From positions 1,536,001 through 1,600,000 of the forward strand of contig OY821641.1 in the NCBI GenBank assembly GCA_963555995.3: 64,000 nucleotides of DNA, in the 5' to 3' direction. A program made the position numbers and the translations under genes. This DNA is from Vicinamibacteria bacterium (GTDB lineage: Bacteria > Acidobacteriota > Vicinamibacteria > Marinacidobacterales > Marinacidobacteraceae). Position 1 is the stretch's first letter. Every line of letters starts with the position of its first letter. Of the stretch, positions 1-9,775 are shown piece after piece. A model generated the notes under the pieces. It searched no databases, was not told the DNA's origin, and saw only the letters and a program-made list of their open reading frames with translations.

Positions 1-220
1 GTTCGTCGGGACGGAGCGGACAGGCGACCCCGTCGCCGGAGGACCCTCCGGGCTGCGCTTCGGGTTCGCTTCTGGCGGTCTCCACGACCCGCGACGTGTA
101 GGTCCCGAGCACCTTGCGGGCGGCCAGCAGGTTCCGGGTTCGCGTTTCTCCCTCGGGAGGCGCGACCGACGCCAGGGCGGCGATGCGAAAGAACTCGTCG
201 CTCTTGATGCCGTCTGCCAC
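1..220 (-). CDS. gatC: Probable Asp/Glu-tRNA amidotransferase subunit C (3' end outside window)
   Basis: Manual translation from GTG at 220: MADGIKSDEFFRIAALASV...CPLRPDE. Resembles GatC (IAxLA.. near the N-terminus, LRxDE motif) but is divergent; not in the ORF track. Confidence 0.45.
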   Translation of the reverse strand, partial: MADGIKSDEFFRIAALASVAPPEGETRTRNLLAARKVLGTYTSRVVETARSEPEAQPGGSSGDGVACPLRPDE

Positions 221-265
221 CCGGTGCCCTAATGATCCAGTGCGGCCGCGAGTATAGTCGGGGCG

Positions 266-1600
266 GTGCGGCGTCCCGGCGGTATCTCGACCGCCCTGAA
301 TCCCGGGACGGCCGTGCTCCTGACCGCGATCTGCGCGTGCGGGGGAGAGCCCCGAGTGGCCCCGGAAGCGGACTCCGCAGCCGAGTCCTTCGTGTTCCCG
401 GCCGAGTTCGAACGGCACCGCGCTCTCTGGATGGCGTGGCCGACCTACGAGAACAAGCGCGGGCTGCCGACCGAGCCGCTCCTCATCGAGATCATTCGCG
501 CCACCGAGGGCAGGGTGGCCATCGAACTGCTGGCCCAGGACGACGGCGAAGCGGCTGCCATCCGCGAGCGCTTTCGGACGGAGCAAGTGCCGGACGGGCA
601 CGTAACCATCCACGCCGTGCCCCACGGCGACGTCTGGATGCGGGACATGGGGCCGATCTTCCTGCGCGGCGATCGGGGCGGTCTCCGGGTGGCCGATTTC
701 GGATTCAACATGTGGGGTTACGAGTCCCCGGACAGCCCGGGTTCGCGCCTCGAAGAGGCGGTGGACCGGCGCGTCGCCGATCTCCTCGGTCTGGAGGTGG
801 AGAAGTCCACGCTCATCAGCGAGGGCGGATCCCGCGAGTTCAACGGCAGGGGGGTGATGCTCGCCGTGGAGGCGGTGGAGCTCCAGCGGAACCCGGGATG
901 GACGCTCGAAGCCATGGAGGAGGAGTTCCGGCGCACTCTGGGAGTTTCCAAGGTCATCTGGCTCGCCGAGGGCATGGCCGAGGATGAACTCACGTTCCGC
1001 GGGCGGCTCCCTGGGGACGTCTACACGGTCATCACCACCGGCGGCCACGTGGACGAGTTCGCCCGCTTCGCGGACCCGGAGACCATCCTGCTCGCGGAGA
1101 TCACGGAGGAGGAACGCCGGACCGACCCCATCGCCGCCATCAGCCACGCACGGCTCGAGGAGAGCTTCCGGAGGCTGAGCGCCGCGACGGACCAGGACGG
1201 AAACCCGTTCCGCATCGTGCGCGTGCCCGCGCCGGATTCGCTCTTCGACACGATGCGGGCCGGCGACGGGGTGTTCGACTACATCCAGCCCCTCGAATAC
1301 GAGGACGGGACCTCGATCGCGCCGGACGACGAGATCAAGGTGGTCGCGGCGGCGAGCTATCTGAACTTCCAGGTGACGAACGGCCTCGTGCTGGCCCAGA
1401 AGTACTGGAAGCCCGGCATGCCGGAGAGCCTGCGGGAAAAGGACGAACGCGCGCTCGCCATCCTGCGCGAGGCATTTCCGGGCCGCGAAGTGCTGCCCCT
1501 AGATGCGATGGCGGTGAACTTGGGAGGGGGTGGAATCCACTGCATCCTTCAACAGGAACCGGAACGCGTCGGAGCGCCCGCCTCCGGCCGGCATCCGTAA
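266..1600 (+). CDS. aguA: Agmatine deiminase / porphyromonas-type peptidylarginine deiminase, with N-terminal signal or lipoprotein-like peptide
   Basis: FPAEFE..ALWMAWP, DVWMRDMGP, EGG, GHVDEFARF, SYLNF and catalytic GGGGIHCILQQ motifs; N-terminal hydrophobic stretch ending ICAC-GG. Confidence 0.88.
   Translation: MRRPGGISTALNPGTAVLLTAICACGGEPRVAPEADSAAESFVFPAEFERHRALWMAWPTYENKRGLPTEPLLIEIIRATEGRVAIELLAQDDGEAAAIRERFRTEQVPDGHVTIHAVPHGDVWMRDMGPIFLRGDRGGLRVADFGFNMWGYESPDSPGSRLEEAVDRRVADLLGLEVEKSTLISEGGSREFNGRGVMLAVEAVELQRNPGWTLEAMEEEFRRTLGVSKVIWLAEGMAEDELTFRGRLPGDVYTVITTGGHVDEFARFADPETILLAEITEEERRTDPIAAISHARLEESFRRLSAATDQDGNPFRIVRVPAPDSLFDTMRAGDGVFDYIQPLEYEDGTSIAPDDEIKVVAAASYLNFQVTNGLVLAQKYWKPGMPESLREKDERALAILREAFPGREVLPLDAMAVNLGGGGIHCILQQEPERVGAPASGRHP
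1571..1596. repeat. REP-like short palindrome overlapping the 3' end of aguA
   Basis: GGAGCGCCCGCCTCCGGCCGGCATCC, nearly identical to GGAGCGCCGGCCTCCGGCGGGCATC at 17846-17870. Confidence 0.5.
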
Positions 1601-1658
1601 GGATGCGAACACGCGGCGTGAGCAGCGGCAGGGAACACCCCCCGAGAGTCCTCGGCGC

Positions 1659-3038
1659 GTGACTGGCGCGGAGGGTTGGGGCGCGCTCAGCCTGGTTCCC
1701 AGCCTCGCGGTTCTGGGGCTCGCGGTCTGGACCCGCCGGCCCCTCGAAGCCCTGATCTTCGGATCGCTGCTCGGCCACCTCATGCTCTCGCGGGGGGGCT
1801 TTCTGGGGGCGTTCCTCGAGAACGCGCAGTCCGTGATGGCCGAAACGGCGAGCGTCTGGGTGGTCCTGGTGGTGATGCTCTTTGGCGCCCTGATCGGCAT
1901 CCTGGCCCGCGCCGGAGGGTCGAAAGCGTTCGGCGAGGCGCTCTCCCGGCGGCTTCGGACCCGCCGGGGGGTCCTGCTGGGCGCCTTCGGACTCGGCGTC
2001 GTGACTTTCGTTGACGACTACCTGAACGCGCTGGCGGTCGGGGCGGCGTTCCGGGGCGCGGCGGACCGGATCGGGATCTCGCGGGCTCGCCTCGCCTACG
2101 TGGTGGACAGCACGGCGGCGCCGATCTGCGTGCTGATTCCGGCCTCGACCTGGACGGTCTTCATCGCCGGGCTCTTCGAGGCGAACGGACTCGCCGAAGC
2201 AGGTGGGGGCATCGGTCTCTACGTCTCCCTGATCCCGTATCTCCTCTATCCGTGGTTTGCGATTCTGCTGGTGTTCGCGGTGATCCTGGGGGCGGTCCGC
2301 GATCTCGGGCCGATGGCGGACGCCGAGCGCCAACTCCGTTCGGGAATGGCTCCGGTGACCGCGGCCCTCGACGAAAGCCTGGAACCGGCCACGACCCAGG
2401 CCCCGGCGCGTCCCGGCCTGCGGACCCCCGCCTTCCTCGTCCCGATCCTGGTTCTGCCGGCGGCCACCCTGGCGCTCGGCGGGGATGCACTCTTCGGCGT
2501 GGTGGCGGCTTTGGGAGTTGCTCTGGCGCTGACGGCGCTCGTGCGGCCGGCCGGCGGTTTGGGACCCGTCGCCGACGGAGCGTTCCTGGGGATGGAGAAG
2601 ATGGTCTATCCCCTGGGGATCGTGCTCGTCTCCTTCATCCTGCGGGACGTGAACGCCGCGCTCGGGCTGACCGAGTTCGTGATCGGCAGCGTGCAACCGA
2701 TTGCGAGCGCGTGGATGCTGCCGGCGCTCGTGTTCGTCACCCTCTCGGGAGTGGCGTTCGCCACCGGATCGTTCTGGGGGGCCTACACGGTCAGCCTGCC
2801 GGTCGTCATCGGGCTCGCTGCCGAGCTGGGAGCTCCGCTGCCGCTGACGCTCGGAGCGCTCGTTTCGGCCGGCGCCTTCGGCTCCCACGCCTGCTTCTAC
2901 GGTGACGCCACCGTCCTCGCCGCGCGCAGCGCCGGGTGTTCCATCATGGAACACGTCAGGACGCAGTTGCCGTACGCCCTGGTGGGCGCTGGGGCCGCAC
3001 TCGCCGGATTCGTGCTTCTCGGCCTGATGGCCGGTTAG
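1659..3038 (+). CDS. NhaC-family (Na+/H+ antiporter-like, probably amino-acid or amine) transporter
   Basis: FVDDYLNAL, LAYVVDSTAAP, AFATGSFWG and GAFGSHACFYGDATVL motifs; many TM segments; start moved to in-frame GTG 1659. Confidence 0.8.
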   Translation: MTGAEGWGALSLVPSLAVLGLAVWTRRPLEALIFGSLLGHLMLSRGGFLGAFLENAQSVMAETASVWVVLVVMLFGALIGILARAGGSKAFGEALSRRLRTRRGVLLGAFGLGVVTFVDDYLNALAVGAAFRGAADRIGISRARLAYVVDSTAAPICVLIPASTWTVFIAGLFEANGLAEAGGGIGLYVSLIPYLLYPWFAILLVFAVILGAVRDLGPMADAERQLRSGMAPVTAALDESLEPATTQAPARPGLRTPAFLVPILVLPAATLALGGDALFGVVAALGVALALTALVRPAGGLGPVADGAFLGMEKMVYPLGIVLVSFILRDVNAALGLTEFVIGSVQPIASAWMLPALVFVTLSGVAFATGSFWGAYTVSLPVVIGLAAELGAPLPLTLGALVSAGAFGSHACFYGDATVLAARSAGCSIMEHVRTQLPYALVGAGAALAGFVLLGLMAG

Positions 3039-3068
3039 CGTGATCGTTCCCCGGCCCGTTCCGTCGCC

Positions 3069-3096
3069 TTGCCAAAGGGCCCGCGCACGGCAGAAT
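3069..3096 (+). promoter_or_regulatory. Putative sigma70 promoter for leaderless aguB
   Basis: TTGCCA-16 nt-CAGAAT, then 6 nt to ATG 3103; no SD. Confidence 0.45.
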
Positions 3097-3102
3097 TAGC
3101 CG

Positions 3103-3990
3103 ATGCCCGCGGACTCGCAGCCAACCGGCCGCCCCCGGCTCGCCCTGATCCAGCGGGCGGTCGAGCCCGAGCGCGCCGCCGCCCACCGGGACGCTCTGGA
3201 GTCCGTGCGCGCCGCGGCGGCCGGCGGCGCGCAGATCGTGTGCCTGCCCGAGCTCTACGACCTCCCCTACTTTCCGCGCCGGGTCGCGGTGGAATGCTGG
3301 CGGCTGGCGGAGCGGCAGCCGTCCGACCGGGTGCGGGAACTCGGCCGGCTCGCCGCCGAACTCGGCATCGTGCTGGTCGTACCGGTCTTCGAGGAAGCGG
3401 CCCCCGGCGTGCTCTTCAACGCCGCGGTGCTCTACGACGCGGACGGCAGGCTGCTCGGCCGCTACCGCAAGAACCACATTCCCGATGGCCCCGGCTACCA
3501 CGAGAAGTACTACTTCACGCCCGGTGACTCCGGGTATCCCGTCTGGGAGACCGCCTTCGGCCGCATCGGGGTCGGCGTCTGCTGGGACTCATGGTTTCCC
3601 GAGACCGCCCGCCTGCTCGCCCTCGGCGGCGCCGATCTGCTGCTCTTCCCGACGGCGATCGGCAGCGAGCCGGATCGTCCCGGCTATTCGTCGGAGGACG
3701 CCTGGAGGACCGTGATGCGCGGCCACGCCATCGCGAACGGCGTCTTCGTCGGGGCTCCGAACCGGGTGGGGGTGGAGGGGCCCATGACCTACTACGGCGG
3801 AAGCTTCGTGTGCGATCCCTTCGGCGAGGTGGTCGCCCGCGCCGGCGCCGATCCGGACATCGTGTTCGCCGATCTCGACTTCGGCAGGAATCGGGAACTC
3901 AGGGAACTGCTCCAGTTCTTCCGGGACCGGCGGACGGACACCTACGGCGGCCTGTTACGGGTCTCGCCGGACTCCGGGAAAGCGCCCTAA
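3103..3990 (+). CDS. aguB: N-carbamoylputrescine amidohydrolase (nitrilase family)
   Basis: Catalytic E (LPEL), K (YRKNHIPDGPGYHEKYYFTPGD) and C (VCWDSWFPE); PTAIGSEP; adjacent to aguA. Confidence 0.87.
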   Translation: MPADSQPTGRPRLALIQRAVEPERAAAHRDALESVRAAAAGGAQIVCLPELYDLPYFPRRVAVECWRLAERQPSDRVRELGRLAAELGIVLVVPVFEEAAPGVLFNAAVLYDADGRLLGRYRKNHIPDGPGYHEKYYFTPGDSGYPVWETAFGRIGVGVCWDSWFPETARLLALGGADLLLFPTAIGSEPDRPGYSSEDAWRTVMRGHAIANGVFVGAPNRVGVEGPMTYYGGSFVCDPFGEVVARAGADPDIVFADLDFGRNRELRELLQFFRDRRTDTYGGLLRVSPDSGKAP

Positions 3991-3996
3991 CCCATC

Positions 3997-4722
3997 GTGG
4001 AAAGTCCTCGCGTCCGCGAGCAGGTCTTCCTGACCCTGGCGGCGGTCTTCATCGCGGCGCTCATCGCCTGCAACCTCATCTTCCGGAAGTTCTTCGTCTG
4101 GGAGATTCCCGTTCTCGGCCTGATCGGCCTGGAGCCGCGGATGGAGCTCTCGGTGGGGATCCTGGCGTATCCGGTCACCTTCATCTGCACCGATGTCCTG
4201 TCGGAGTTCTACGGCCGCCGGCGGGTGAGCCAACTGGTGACCGCCGGCTTCTTCGCCAGCGTCTTCGTGGTGGGCCTGGTGATGCTCTCCAACTGGGTGC
4301 CGGCCGCGGGCTGGAGCGCCGTGGACGACGCCATGTTCGACCTGGTCTTCGGGATTCAGGGGGTGGCGGTCACGGCTTCGATGTGCGCCTACCTGGGGGC
4401 GCAGTACCTCGACATCCGGCTCTTCCACTATTGGAAGCGCCGGACCGCGGGACGCCACCTGTGGCTTCGGAACAACGCCTCCACGTTCACCTCGCAACTC
4501 GTGGACACGATCCTCGTGACCACCATCCTCTCCTTGCTCGGGGCAAGCGAGATCACCCCGGAGCGGCTGCCGATCCTGATCGCCAACGGGGTGGTCTTCA
4601 AGTGGTTCGTCGCCGTCGTCGACACCCCGCTGGTGTACGGGGCGGTGTGGTTCCTGCGGAACCGGCTCGGGATCGAGGAAGCCCCGGCGGACGACACGGT
4701 GGCGCGAACGCGGATCTTCTGA
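3997..4722 (+). CDS. yhhQ: Queuosine precursor transporter (YhhQ/Vut_1 family)
   Basis: YPVTFICTDVLSEFYG, AYLGAQYLDIRLFH and LWLRNNASTFTSQLVDT motifs. Confidence 0.88.
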   Translation: MESPRVREQVFLTLAAVFIAALIACNLIFRKFFVWEIPVLGLIGLEPRMELSVGILAYPVTFICTDVLSEFYGRRRVSQLVTAGFFASVFVVGLVMLSNWVPAAGWSAVDDAMFDLVFGIQGVAVTASMCAYLGAQYLDIRLFHYWKRRTAGRHLWLRNNASTFTSQLVDTILVTTILSLLGASEITPERLPILIANGVVFKWFVAVVDTPLVYGAVWFLRNRLGIEEAPADDTVARTRIF

Positions 4723-4728
4723 CGGCCG

Positions 4729-4746
4729 GCGGCGGCGGTCCGCCGC
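4729..4746. terminator. GC hairpin between convergent yhhQ and alaS
   Basis: GCGGCGG-CGGT-CCGCCGC; no U-tract. Confidence 0.25.
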
Positions 4747-4755
4747 GCCCGGCGG

Positions 4756-7431
4756 TCAGTTTCCGAACGTGCTGCGGATGGCGGCCCGGACGTGGTCGTT
4801 CAGGGCGGGAAGACCGCCCGGATCGGGACCCCCTCCCTCGGCGCGGTCGGCGCGGCCGCCGGCGCGGCCCCCGATGGCCGCCGCCGCTTCCCGGAGGAGC
4901 CGGTCGGCCGGCAGTCGCTCGGCGACTTCGGGCGAGACCCCCAGGATGACCGCGGCGCGCCCGTCCCGGACGGCGGCCGAAACCGCGACCCAGGCACGGC
5001 CGTCCTGCCCGTCGCGGAACGCGTCCATGAGCCGGCGGTGCTCGTTCTTCGAAACCCCGTCGAAAGGGGGCGGCATCCAGACCAGGATGCCCGCGATGGT
5101 TTCGGTCTCGGCGGGCGCACCGGCTTCCGAGGCCGGCGCTCTGCCGCCGCCGAGCGCGAGGCGATCCTGGAGCCGTTCCACCTCGCGTTCCATGCGCCTG
5201 AGGTCGGACCGCATCTTCTCCACCTTCTCCGCCACGTCCTCGGCGCGGGTATTCGCCGCCCGTCCGATGTCCCCGAGGAGGCGGCGTCCGCGGACCACGT
5301 GTTCGACCGCCGGGCGGCCGGTGAGCGCCTCGACGCGGCGGACTCCGGCGGACACCGACTCCTCGGAGACGATCACGAACAGTCCGGCCTGGCCGGTCGC
5401 CCCGAGATGCGTGCCGCCGCAGAGCTCGATGCTGAACTCCGGTACCTCGATCACGCGGACCTCGGCGCCGTACTTGTCGCCGAAGAACGCGAGGGCGCCG
5501 CGGGAAAGGGCGGCGTCGAGGGACATCACGCTCGCCAGCACTTCCCGGTCGGCCCGGATCTGCTCGTTCACGCGGCCCTCGATGGTCTCGATCTCGGTCG
5601 GAGTGAGGGCCGCGAAGTGGGTGAAGTCGAACCGCAGCCGGTCCGGGGCAACCAGCGAGCCGGCCTGTTTCACGTGCGGCCCGAGGGTGTCCCGGAGCGC
5701 CGCGTGCAGGAGATGGGTCATGGTGTGGTGCTCCGCCGCGCCCCGGCGGCGAATCCCGTCCACGAAGGCCTCGACCGGTTCCCCGGCGCCGATGGAACCC
5801 TCCCGCATGCGGACCGAGTGCACCACCAGGCCGTCGCGGTTCCGGGCGTCCAGCACCTCGGCCACCCCGCCGGCCGCGCGGAGCAGCCCCCGGTCCCCGA
5901 CCTGTCCGCCTCCCTCGGGGTAGAACGGCGTCCGGTCGAGAATCAGTTCTCCGGCCGCGCCTTCCGGCAGCGCCGGGACGGCGACCGGGGCCTCTCCTTC
6001 CCCCGTGGCGAGCGTCGCGAGCACGCGGCACCCGTCCGCTTCCGTGCCCTCGTAGCCGAGGAAACGGGTCGGCTCGGCGCCCGCAAGGCCGCGGTAGGCG
6101 GTGGAAGCAGCGGCCGGTCTGCCCTTCCACGACTGGCGCGCGCGTTCCCGCTGCTCCTGCATCCGGGTCTCGAACGCGGCGTGGTCCACCGACATGCCGT
6201 GTTCCCGCGCGACTTCGTCCACGAGATCGAGCGGGAGTCCGAAGGTGTCGTAGAGGCGGAAGGCATCATCGCCCGGCACCTCGGCGGCCTCCCGCACCGA
6301 ATCCCGCGTGAGCACGCGATCGAGCTGGCTCATCGCCGTCGAGAGCGTCCCCGAGAAACGTTCCTCCTCGAACGCCGCGACGCGCAGGATCAGGTCCCGC
6401 GATAGGCCCAATTCCGGCCACGCGTCCTCCATTCCGGAGATGGCGAGCCCGGTGATCCCGGGCAGGACCGGCTCCGGCATCCTCGCCTTGCGCCCGAAAC
6501 GCAGGGCGCGGCGGATGATCTTGCGGAGCACGTATCCCCGGCCCTCGTTCGCCGGGAGAACGCCGTCCGCGATCAGGAACGCGGTGGCGCGGGCGTGGTC
6601 CGCGATCACCCGCGCCGCCGTATGTACGGTCCCGGGATCCGCCTCGCCGGCGGCGCGATCGTGGACGGCGCGGATGAGCGGGGCGAAGAGGTCGGTCTCG
6701 TAGTTCGAGCCCACCCCGGAAAGCACCGCGGCGAGGCGCTCCAGTCCCATCCCGGTATCCACCGAAGGCGCGGGCAGCGGGTGCAGGACGCCCGCCTCGT
6801 TGCGGTCGAACTGCATGAACACGAGGTTCCAGATCTCGAGGTACCGGTCGTCCCCCCGGTAGTCGGGACCCTGGTCGTAGTGGATCTCGGAGCAGGGGCC
6901 GCACGGCCCGGTATCGCCCATGGACCAGAAGTTCTCGGCGGCCGGGAGTGAGGCGATCCGGTCCTCGGGCAGGTACGACCTCCAGATTTCGCGCGCCTCG
7001 TCGTCCCCGGGAGTGCTCTCGTCACCGGCGAAGACGGACGCCGAGAGCCGCCCCGGGGCGAGTCCCAGATCCCGGGTCAGGAACTCCCAGGCGAGGGCGA
7101 CGGCCTCCTCCTTGAAGTAGTCGCCGAAGGAGAAGTTCCCGAGCATCTCGAAGAAGGTGTGATGCCGCGCGGTCAGGCCCACGTTCTCGAGGTCGTTGTG
7201 CTTGCCCCCGGCGCGGACGCATTTCTGGACGCTCACGGCGCGGGGTTTCGGCGGCGTCTCGCGCCCCAGGAAGTAGTTCTTGAACTGGTTCATCCCGGCG
7301 TTCGCGAACAGCAGGGTCGGGTCGTCCCGCGGGACGAGCGGCGAGCTCTTGACCACCAGGTGGTCGCGCGCGGCGAAGAAATCGAGGAAGGCCCGCCGCA
7401 GTTCGGCCCCGGTGGCCGGCAGGGACGTCAT
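4756..7431 (-). CDS. alaS: Alanine--tRNA ligase
   Basis: DPTLLFANAGMNQFK, HHTFFEMLGNFSFGDYFK, DTGMGLER; editing domain HTMTHLLH...ELCGGTH. Confidence 0.98.
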   Translation of the reverse strand: MTSLPATGAELRRAFLDFFAARDHLVVKSSPLVPRDDPTLLFANAGMNQFKNYFLGRETPPKPRAVSVQKCVRAGGKHNDLENVGLTARHHTFFEMLGNFSFGDYFKEEAVALAWEFLTRDLGLAPGRLSASVFAGDESTPGDDEAREIWRSYLPEDRIASLPAAENFWSMGDTGPCGPCSEIHYDQGPDYRGDDRYLEIWNLVFMQFDRNEAGVLHPLPAPSVDTGMGLERLAAVLSGVGSNYETDLFAPLIRAVHDRAAGEADPGTVHTAARVIADHARATAFLIADGVLPANEGRGYVLRKIIRRALRFGRKARMPEPVLPGITGLAISGMEDAWPELGLSRDLILRVAAFEEERFSGTLSTAMSQLDRVLTRDSVREAAEVPGDDAFRLYDTFGLPLDLVDEVAREHGMSVDHAAFETRMQEQRERARQSWKGRPAAASTAYRGLAGAEPTRFLGYEGTEADGCRVLATLATGEGEAPVAVPALPEGAAGELILDRTPFYPEGGGQVGDRGLLRAAGGVAEVLDARNRDGLVVHSVRMREGSIGAGEPVEAFVDGIRRRGAAEHHTMTHLLHAALRDTLGPHVKQAGSLVAPDRLRFDFTHFAALTPTEIETIEGRVNEQIRADREVLASVMSLDAALSRGALAFFGDKYGAEVRVIEVPEFSIELCGGTHLGATGQAGLFVIVSEESVSAGVRRVEALTGRPAVEHVVRGRRLLGDIGRAANTRAEDVAEKVEKMRSDLRRMEREVERLQDRLALGGGRAPASEAGAPAETETIAGILVWMPPPFDGVSKNEHRRLMDAFRDGQDGRAWVAVSAAVRDGRAAVILGVSPEVAERLPADRLLREAAAAIGGRAGGRADRAEGGGPDPGGLPALNDHVRAAIRSTFGN

Positions 7432-7985
7432 GCTTCGAGTTCCGGGGCGCGCTCTGGTTCAAGGGTCCGTTCGTCCGCGAGCACCGCGTGGCGCGCCGCC
7501 TCCCGGGAGTACCCCCGCGCGACCAGCCGCCGGAAGAGGCGGCCGGCCGCCTTTTGTCGCTCCGCGGGTGGTGACGCGCTGTCCCGCCGGCGCCCGCCCA
7601 CGGCGGCCGAGGCCGGTTGCAGCCGCCGGAGGGCGATCACGGCGCGTTCCCCCTCCGCGCCGTCGGGGAACTCCAGCCGGACCGCCTCGAGCGCGAGGGC
7701 TTCGGGAATCCGGCGCCGCCGCAAGTGGGCCCGGACCTTGAGCGGGCCCTGGTGTTTCGTCCGCGCCTGGGTCCGGGCCACCGCCTCGGCCAGCGAGCGG
7801 TCATCGAGGTAGCGGCGTTCCCGCAGCCGGGCGATGGCCTCCTCGACCTCGGGTTCGCCGAAGTCGCGCGCCCGCAGCTTCATCCGGACCTCTCCCTCGC
7901 TGAGGTCCCGCCGCGCCAGCAGACCGATGGCGGCGCCCCACGCCGTGGCCGGGCGGGAGGAGGACGGGTTGACGGTCCGGGACAT
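7428..7985 (-). CDS. recX: Regulatory protein RecX
   Basis: AIGLLARRDLSEGEVRMKL, YLDDRSLA, GPLKVRAHLRRRRI, LVARGYS. Confidence 0.85.
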   Translation of the reverse strand: MSRTVNPSSSRPATAWGAAIGLLARRDLSEGEVRMKLRARDFGEPEVEEAIARLRERRYLDDRSLAEAVARTQARTKHQGPLKVRAHLRRRRIPEALALEAVRLEFPDGAEGERAVIALRRLQPASAAVGGRRRDSASPPAERQKAAGRLFRRLVARGYSREAARHAVLADERTLEPERAPELEA

Positions 7986-8017
7986 GGGCGGGAGAGTAAC
8001 GCGGAGTTCTCAGCGCG

Positions 8018-8947
8018 CTACGCGCCGCAGTGCGCGCACCGCGTGGCCTCGGGGTGGCGCCGGCGGCCACAGTTCCAACAGGTGCGCGGAGGCCGCTCCG
8101 CTTCCCGGATCCGATCCATGACCGCCTTTCGCTCTTCAGGCGGGGGGCCGAACGAGGCCAGCTCGCGGAGGTCGCTGAGCATGCTCTCGGCGCCCGCGTA
8201 GCGGTTCGAGACCCGCGGGGCGAGCGCCTTCGCGACCACCGCGTCGAGATCCGCCGAGACCGAGGGGACGTGCCGCCGGGGATGTTCGTTGCCGCCCGCC
8301 TCGACGAGTGCCCGCTGCCGCTCGGGATCGGGATCCTGATAGGGAAGGCTGCCGGTGAGCATCTGGTAGAGCACCACCCCGACCCCGTACACGTCGGAGG
8401 CAAAGACCGCCTCGGCGTGGAACTGTTCGGGCGCCAGGTAGTAGGGATTACCGATCCGGCGGGCGCCGTGTTCCGCGATGTGGACCGTCCGGGCCATCCC
8501 GAAGTCCGTGATCTTGGCGACCTCCCCGGAGAGCAGGATGTTGTCGGCGCTGATGTCGCCGTGGAGCAGCTTGCGGTCGTGGGCGTGGGCGATTCCGGCC
8601 AGCACCTGGCGGGCGATCCGCGTGGAGAGGGTTGCCGAGAGCGGGGCTTCGTCGTCGAGCCGCCGCGCGAGGGAAGTCCCCTCCACCCACTCCATGACCA
8701 GGAACAGGGTGTCCTCGTGTTCGTTGCAGGCGATCAGACGCACGATGTTCGGGTGTTCGAGCGCGGCCAGCAGGCGCGATTCCCGCAGGATCGCTTCCCG
8801 TCCGGCGGGTGATTGGTCGTGGGGCACCTTGATGGCCCGGAGCTTTTCCAGGAACACGTCCCGGACCAGATAGACGGCCCCGAACGTCCCGCGGCCGATG
8901 CTCTTCTGGATCTCGTAGTTTCCGATCCGCTGTCCGAGCAGAAACAT
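8018..8947 (-). CDS. Soluble Hanks-type Ser/Thr protein kinase with C-terminal zinc ribbon
   Basis: IGRGTFGAVY, AIK, HPNIV, HGDISADN, DFG, YLAPE, SDVYGVG; C-terminal CWNC...CAHC; no TM segment. Confidence 0.9.
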   Translation of the reverse strand: MFLLGQRIGNYEIQKSIGRGTFGAVYLVRDVFLEKLRAIKVPHDQSPAGREAILRESRLLAALEHPNIVRLIACNEHEDTLFLVMEWVEGTSLARRLDDEAPLSATLSTRIARQVLAGIAHAHDRKLLHGDISADNILLSGEVAKITDFGMARTVHIAEHGARRIGNPYYLAPEQFHAEAVFASDVYGVGVVLYQMLTGSLPYQDPDPERQRALVEAGGNEHPRRHVPSVSADLDAVVAKALAPRVSNRYAGAESMLSDLRELASFGPPPEERKAVMDRIREAERPPRTCWNCGRRRHPEATRCAHCGA

Positions 8948-8958
8948 CGGTTTCGATG

Positions 8959-9678
8959 CTACCCCGCCGGCCGGAGCAGGAGGGCGGCCGCCACCACCGC
9001 GGCCGTTCCGGTGCGCAGCGTCCGTTCGCCGAGGTCGAGACGGCGGAATCCGTGGCGGTGGGCGTCCTCGAGTTCCCGGACGGAGAAACCGCCTTCGGGC
9101 CCGATGGCGAGGACGCGTCCGCCGGCCGCTTCCGGGGCGGGAGCGGCGCCGGGGGCGGCCCGCGCCGTGCGGGGCGAAGCGATCCAGCGATCGGGCGGCA
9201 GCGCCTCGCGGAGCCAGGCTTCGAACGGGGCCGGCGCGGCGACCGTGGGCAGGGTGGCCCGCCCCGACTGGCGCGTCCCGGACAGGGCCGCGGCGCGCCA
9301 GCGGGTGAGTCGGGCGGGGGTCGCGCGCCCCTCCGAGTGCTCGCTGGTCAGCGGAACGATCGTGTCGGCGCCGACCTCGGCGAGCTGGCGGACGATGGCG
9401 GTCAGGCCGTCCCCCTTGGGGACCGCCACGCCCACCGCGAGGCGAATCCCGGGTTCCCGCGCGGGGAGGGCCGCGCCCCGCTCCACCAGGCAGCGCGCCT
9501 CGCCGTCCACGCCCGCGAAGCGGGCCGCGAATGCGTTGCCGGCGCCATCGAAGACCTCGATCTCCGCACCCGGGACGAGGCGCAGCACCCGGAGCAGCCG
9601 GTGCGTTTCCGCCGCGTCAAGCCGCAGCTCGCGGCGATCGGCCGCCCGCGGGGCGAAGAAGCGGCGAGCGGCGCCCAT
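8959..9678 (-). CDS. rsmE: 16S rRNA m3U1498 methyltransferase
   Basis: HRLLRVLRL, QSGR, IGPEGGFS and LGERTLRTGTA SPOUT motifs. Confidence 0.92.
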   Translation of the reverse strand: MGAARRFFAPRAADRRELRLDAAETHRLLRVLRLVPGAEIEVFDGAGNAFAARFAGVDGEARCLVERGAALPAREPGIRLAVGVAVPKGDGLTAIVRQLAEVGADTIVPLTSEHSEGRATPARLTRWRAAALSGTRQSGRATLPTVAAPAPFEAWLREALPPDRWIASPRTARAAPGAAPAPEAAGGRVLAIGPEGGFSVRELEDAHRHGFRRLDLGERTLRTGTAAVVAAALLLRPAG

Positions 9679-9775
9679 GGTCAGCGCGCGGCTGCCACTC
9701 GCGGTGCGGGGTCCGACGAGCCGGGCGCGCTCCGCTCGCCGGCGTGAATTCGGGCGGGATCGTTCGGGGGTCCCG

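Noticed and set aside
3991-3996. preQ1 riboswitch before yhhQ
   Set aside because: Only 6 nt separate the aguB stop from the yhhQ start.
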